A stretch of DNA of 64,000 nt from an uncultured Actinomycetota bacterium (GTDB taxonomy: Bacteria; Actinomycetota; Actinomycetes; Mycobacteriales; Mycobacteriaceae): positions 26,765-90,764 of the forward strand of contig CAWCKQ010000011.1 of the NCBI GenBank assembly GCA_963796185.1, written 5' to 3'. Shown one piece after another: positions 60,385 to 64,000 of this stretch (positions within the stretch are counted from its first letter, which is position 1; each line of letters begins with the position of its first letter). The notes under the pieces were generated by a model. It was not told the DNA's origin, did not search any database, and saw nothing but the letters and a program-made list of their open reading frames with translations. The position numbers were made by a program, and so were the translations under genes.

Positions 60385-61271
60385 TGTCTGTTCTTGGCGC
60401 AAGCGGCTCATCGCGCGATGTGCTGCGCGTCGCCGTGCCCAACAAGGGCGCCCTGAGCGAACCGGCCGCCGAGATCCTGTCCGAGGCCGGCTACCGTCGC
60501 CGCACCGACGCCAAGGATCTGACGGTCGTCGACCCGGTCAACCAGGTCGAGTTCTTCTTCCTGCGCCCCAAGGACATCGCCATCTACGTCGGCTCGGGCC
60601 AGCTCGACTTCGGCATCACCGGGCGCGACCTGGCCCGGGAATCGGACGCGCCCGTCCGTGAGCGGTTGGCGCTGGGCTTCGGCTCGTCGACGTTCCGGTA
60701 TGCGGCCCCGGCCGGCCGGGCCTGGCAGGTCGGCTGATCTCGCGGGCAAGCGGATCGCCACCGTCGTACCCGAACCTGGTCCGAAAAGACCTGGCCGCCA
60801 GCGGGATCGACGCGACCGTGATCCGTCTCGACGGCGCGGTCGAGATCTCGGTGCAACTCGGGGTCGCCGACGCCATCGCCGACGTGGTCGGCTCCGGACG
60901 CACGCTGGGCCTGCACGACCTGGTCGCGTTCGGTGATCCGCTGTGCGACTCCGAGGCGGTCCTGATCGAACGCGACGGGTGCCGACGAGAATGCCGCCGC
61001 GCGTGACCAGTTGGCGGCCCGCGTGCAGGGTGTGGTGTTCGGCCAGCAGTACCTGATGCTCGACTACGACTGTCCGCGTTCGGTTCTCGACAGGGCGACC
61101 GAGGTCACCCCGGGGCTGGAGTCGCCGACCATCGCGCCGCTGGCCGACCCCGGCTGGGTCGCGGTGCGCGCGCTGGTGCCGCGCAGGGACGTCAACGCCA
61201 TCATGGACGAGCTCGCCGCCATCGGCGCGAAAGCGATCCTGGCCTCCGACATCAGGTTCTGCCGCTTTTAG
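60384..61271 (+). CDS. hisG: ATP phosphoribosyltransferase (frameshifted; start may be 60420)
   Basis: [35 protein letters not shown]. Confidence 0.95.
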
Positions 61272-61340
61272 ATTCGACAGCGCGTGCAGACGCCGCTGCG
61301 TGTTAGCGTCGCCGAAGTCCATCCACCGCGCGGAGGTCCG

Positions 61341-61826
61341 ATGACGCACGTTCTCGTTCTGTTGCTGGCGTTGGCTGATCGGTGTGATCGCCGGCCTGCG
61401 GGCGCATGACCGCTCCTGCCGTGGTGGCGTGGGGCGCCGTTGCTGGGCTGGATCGACGTCGACGGCAAGTGGTCGGAGTGGGTGGCGCATCCCATCACCG
61501 TGACCGTGTTGACCATCCTGCTCGTCGCCGAACTGGTCACCGACCAGCTCCCCAAGACCCCGAGCCGCAAGGTCGCCCCGCAGTTCCTCACCCGGCTGCT
61601 CACCGGCGGCTTCGCCGGAGCGGTGATCGGCAGCGCGTTCTTCCACACCTTCAGCGCGATCGGTGCCGGGATCATCGGTGCCGTGCTCGGCACCCTCGCC
61701 GGCGCCGAGCTCCGCAGCCGGATCGCGGCGGCCAGCAGCGGTAACGACCGCCCCGGCGCCTTCGGCGAGGACGCGCTCGCCGTCGGCGGCGGACTGCTCG
61801 TCGCGTTCCTCGTCAGCCTGGTGTAG
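61341..61826 (+). CDS. DUF4126-like membrane protein (frameshifted)
   Basis: GLRAMTAP, ELVTDQLPKTPSR, EDALAV. Confidence 0.75.
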
Positions 61827-61834
61827 GCACGGTC

Positions 61835-63210
61835 ATGGCACGAGCGATTCGACGCGATCATCGTCGGCGCCGGCCAGGCCGGCCCACCGCTGGCGGGCCG
61901 CCTCACCGAGGCCGGACAGACCGTCGCGGTGATCGAACGCAAACTGGTCGGCGGAACCTGCGTGAACTACGGGTGCATTCCCACCAAGACGCTGGTCGCC
62001 AGCGCGCACGCGGCCCACATCGCGCGCCGCGGGACCGATTTCGGGATCGGCACCGGCGAGGTGACCGTGGACATGGCCGAGGTCAAGGCACGCAAGGACC
62101 GCATCAGCGGCGGTGACCGCGGAAGGCGTCGAGTCCTGGCTCGAGGGCATGGACGGCTGCACGCTGATCCGTGGCCACGCCCGCTTCGAGGGGCCGCACA
62201 CCATCCGGGTCGACGACCGACTCCTCGAAGCCGACCGGATCTTCCTCAACGTCGGTGGCCGCGCGGTGGCACCCGACATGCCGGGCCTGGCCGACATCGA
62301 CTACCTGACCAATGTCGGGATCCTCGATCTCGACGTCGTGCCCGAGCACCTGGTGATCATCGGCGGCAGCTACATCGCGCTGGAGTTCGCGCAGATGTAC
62401 CGCCGGTTCGGCGCGCGGGTGACAGTCATCGAGAAGGGTCCGCGGTTGACGTCGCGCGAGGACGAGGACGTCTCGGCCGCGATCAAGGAGATCCTGGAGG
62501 CCGAGGGGATCGACGTGGTGCTCGGCGCCGACGCGATCCGATTCACTCAAGCAGGACAACGGTTTCGCGGTGATTCCCCGCGACGGCGCGGAGCCGATCA
62601 GCGGCAGCCACCTGCTCGTCGCGGTGGGTCGCCAGCCCAACACCGACGACCTCGGGCTGGAGGCGGCGGGGGTCGCAGACCGACAAGCGCGGCTACATCG
62701 TCGTCGACGATCAGCTGCGCACCAACGTCGAGCACATCTGGGCGATGGGCGACTGCAACGGCCGCGGCGCGTTCACCCACACGTCCTACAACGACTTCGA
62801 GATCGTCGCGGCCAACCTGCTCGACGACGATCCCCGCCGGGTCAGCGACCGGGTCACCACCTACGCGCTCTACATCGACCCACCGCTGGGCCGCGCCGGG
62901 ATGACCGTCGACGAGGTCCGCAAGTCGGGCCGCACAGGCGTTGGTGGGCAAGCGGCCGATGACGCGGGTCGGTCGCGCAGTGGAGAAGGGGGAGACGCAG
63001 GGCTTCATGAAGGTGGTCGTGGACGCCGAGACCGAGCAGATCCTCGGCGCGGCGATCCTGGGCGTCGGCGGCGACGAGGTGGTCCAGGACATCCTCGACA
63101 TCATGACCGCCAAGCTGCCCTACACCGCGATCTCCCGCACCATGCACATCCACCCGACGGTCAGCGAGTTGGTGCCGACCATGCTGCAGGGCCTCGAACC
63201 GCTGGAATAG
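61835..63210 (+). CDS. pyridine nucleotide-disulfide oxidoreductase (mercuric reductase-like; frameshifted)
   Basis: GAGQAG, GGTCVNYGCIPTK, GGSYIALE, GDCNG, HIHPTVSE. Confidence 0.9.
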
Positions 63211-63224
63211 ACCGCCGCCGGCCC

Positions 63225-63267
63225 TTGACTGTGGCTTGCGTCACAGTAATATGACCAGTGGTCATAT
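63225..63267 (+). promoter_or_regulatory. SigA-like promoter with overlapping TetR operator
   Basis: TTGACT-N16-TAATAT; perfect palindrome ATATGACCA-G-TGGTCATAT at 63249-63267. Confidence 0.8.
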
Positions 63268-63284
63268 CGAGGGTTGGAGGCGCC

Positions 63285-63981
63285 GTGCCCACCGTCACCT
63301 GGTCCCGTCTCGGCGGGGAACGCCGGGCCGCGGTGGTGGCCGCTGCCGAGGCTGAGTTCGCCGCGCCACGGCTTCTCCGCGGGCAGCCTCAACGTCATCG
63401 CGCGCCGGGCCGGGGTCGCCAAAGGCAGCCTGTTCCAGTACTTCGCGGACAAGCGGGACCTCTACGCGCACATCACCGACGTCGGCAGCCAGCGGGTGCG
63501 GGCGCACATGGAGGACCAGATCCGTCTGCTCGATCCGGCGCGGCCGTTCTTCGAGTTCCTCACCGATCTGCTCGACGTCTGGGTCGCCTACTTCGCCGAG
63601 CATCCGCGCGAGCGCGCGCTGCACGCCGCGGCCAGTTTCGAGGTGGACACCGATGCCCGGGTCAGCGTCCGAGCCGTCGTACACCGCCACTATCTGGAGG
63701 TGCTGCGGCCGTTGGTGCGCGACGCCCGTGATCGTGGCGATCTGCGTGCCGACGCCGACACCGACGCATTGCTGTCGTTGCTGCTGATGTTGCTGCCGCA
63801 TCTGGCGCTGGCGCCGTACGTGCGCGGCATGGACCCCGTCCTCGGCCTCGACGAACTCACCCCCGAGCAGCCCGCTCTGGTCGTGCGGCGCTACGTCGCC
63901 GTGCTGGCGGCCGCATTCGCGTCCGCCACCCCCGAGACCCTGTCAACCGCAACCCCCGCAAGGAGACATCCACATGATTAG
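63285..63981 (+). CDS. TetR family regulator (Rv0232-like; frameshift near the start)
   Basis: GSLNVIARRAGVAKGSLFQYF HTH. Confidence 0.9.
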
Positions 63982-64000
63982 GACCCGTTCGGATTCGCTG
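63974..64000 (+). CDS. probable R2-like ligand-binding oxidase (R2lox, Rv0233-like), 3' partial
   Basis: AGGAG RBS then MIRTRSDSL; assignment rests on recalled Rv0232-Rv0233 synteny and only 9 codons. Confidence 0.55.

Noticed and set aside
61835-63210. merA mercury resistance gene
   Set aside because: No C-terminal Cys-Cys pair and no mer operon genes; called only as a related flavoprotein

Overview
High-GC actinobacterial DNA; gene content and order indicate a rapidly growing mycobacterium (Mycolicibacterium-like). Single-base indels break most genes, including essential ones (murD, ftsW, murG, ftsZ, wag31), so frameshifts are treated as assembly errors and genes were rebuilt across frames, with approximate ends. 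Layout: (1) 1-12.6 kb, dcw cell-division cluster from mraY to wag31. (2) 12.6-33.6 kb, variable block ending at tRNA-Leu(GAG): a deletion-fused secreted protein/hydrolase remnant, a TetR/diiron-like/membrane module, a divergent nitrate-assimilation locus (small uncharacterised gene-nirB-nirD versus narK-nasN) with NnaR- and GlnR-like sites, and a DUF222/HNH (13E12) element under an overlapping SOS box and RecA-NDp promoter. (3) 33.7-48 kb, core region: M20 peptidase, pyrD, lppL, uppP, a 3x32-bp translationally coupled MIRU-like repeat, an uncharacterised phosphatase/DUF3090/kinase-like trio, cysQ, mshC and PAC2. (4) metH behind an SAH riboswitch with a visible RBS-sequestering hairpin. (5) A purine/urate catabolic operon. 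(6) HAD hydrolase, sugar porter, hisE, hisG, a flavoprotein, a TetR and the start of an R2lox gene. No CRISPR array, integrase, transposase or rRNA was seen. Best candidates for undescribed biology: the kinase/phosphatase/Zn-protein trio, the small gene heading nirBD, a motif shared by three dcw sites, and the MIRU peptide relay.
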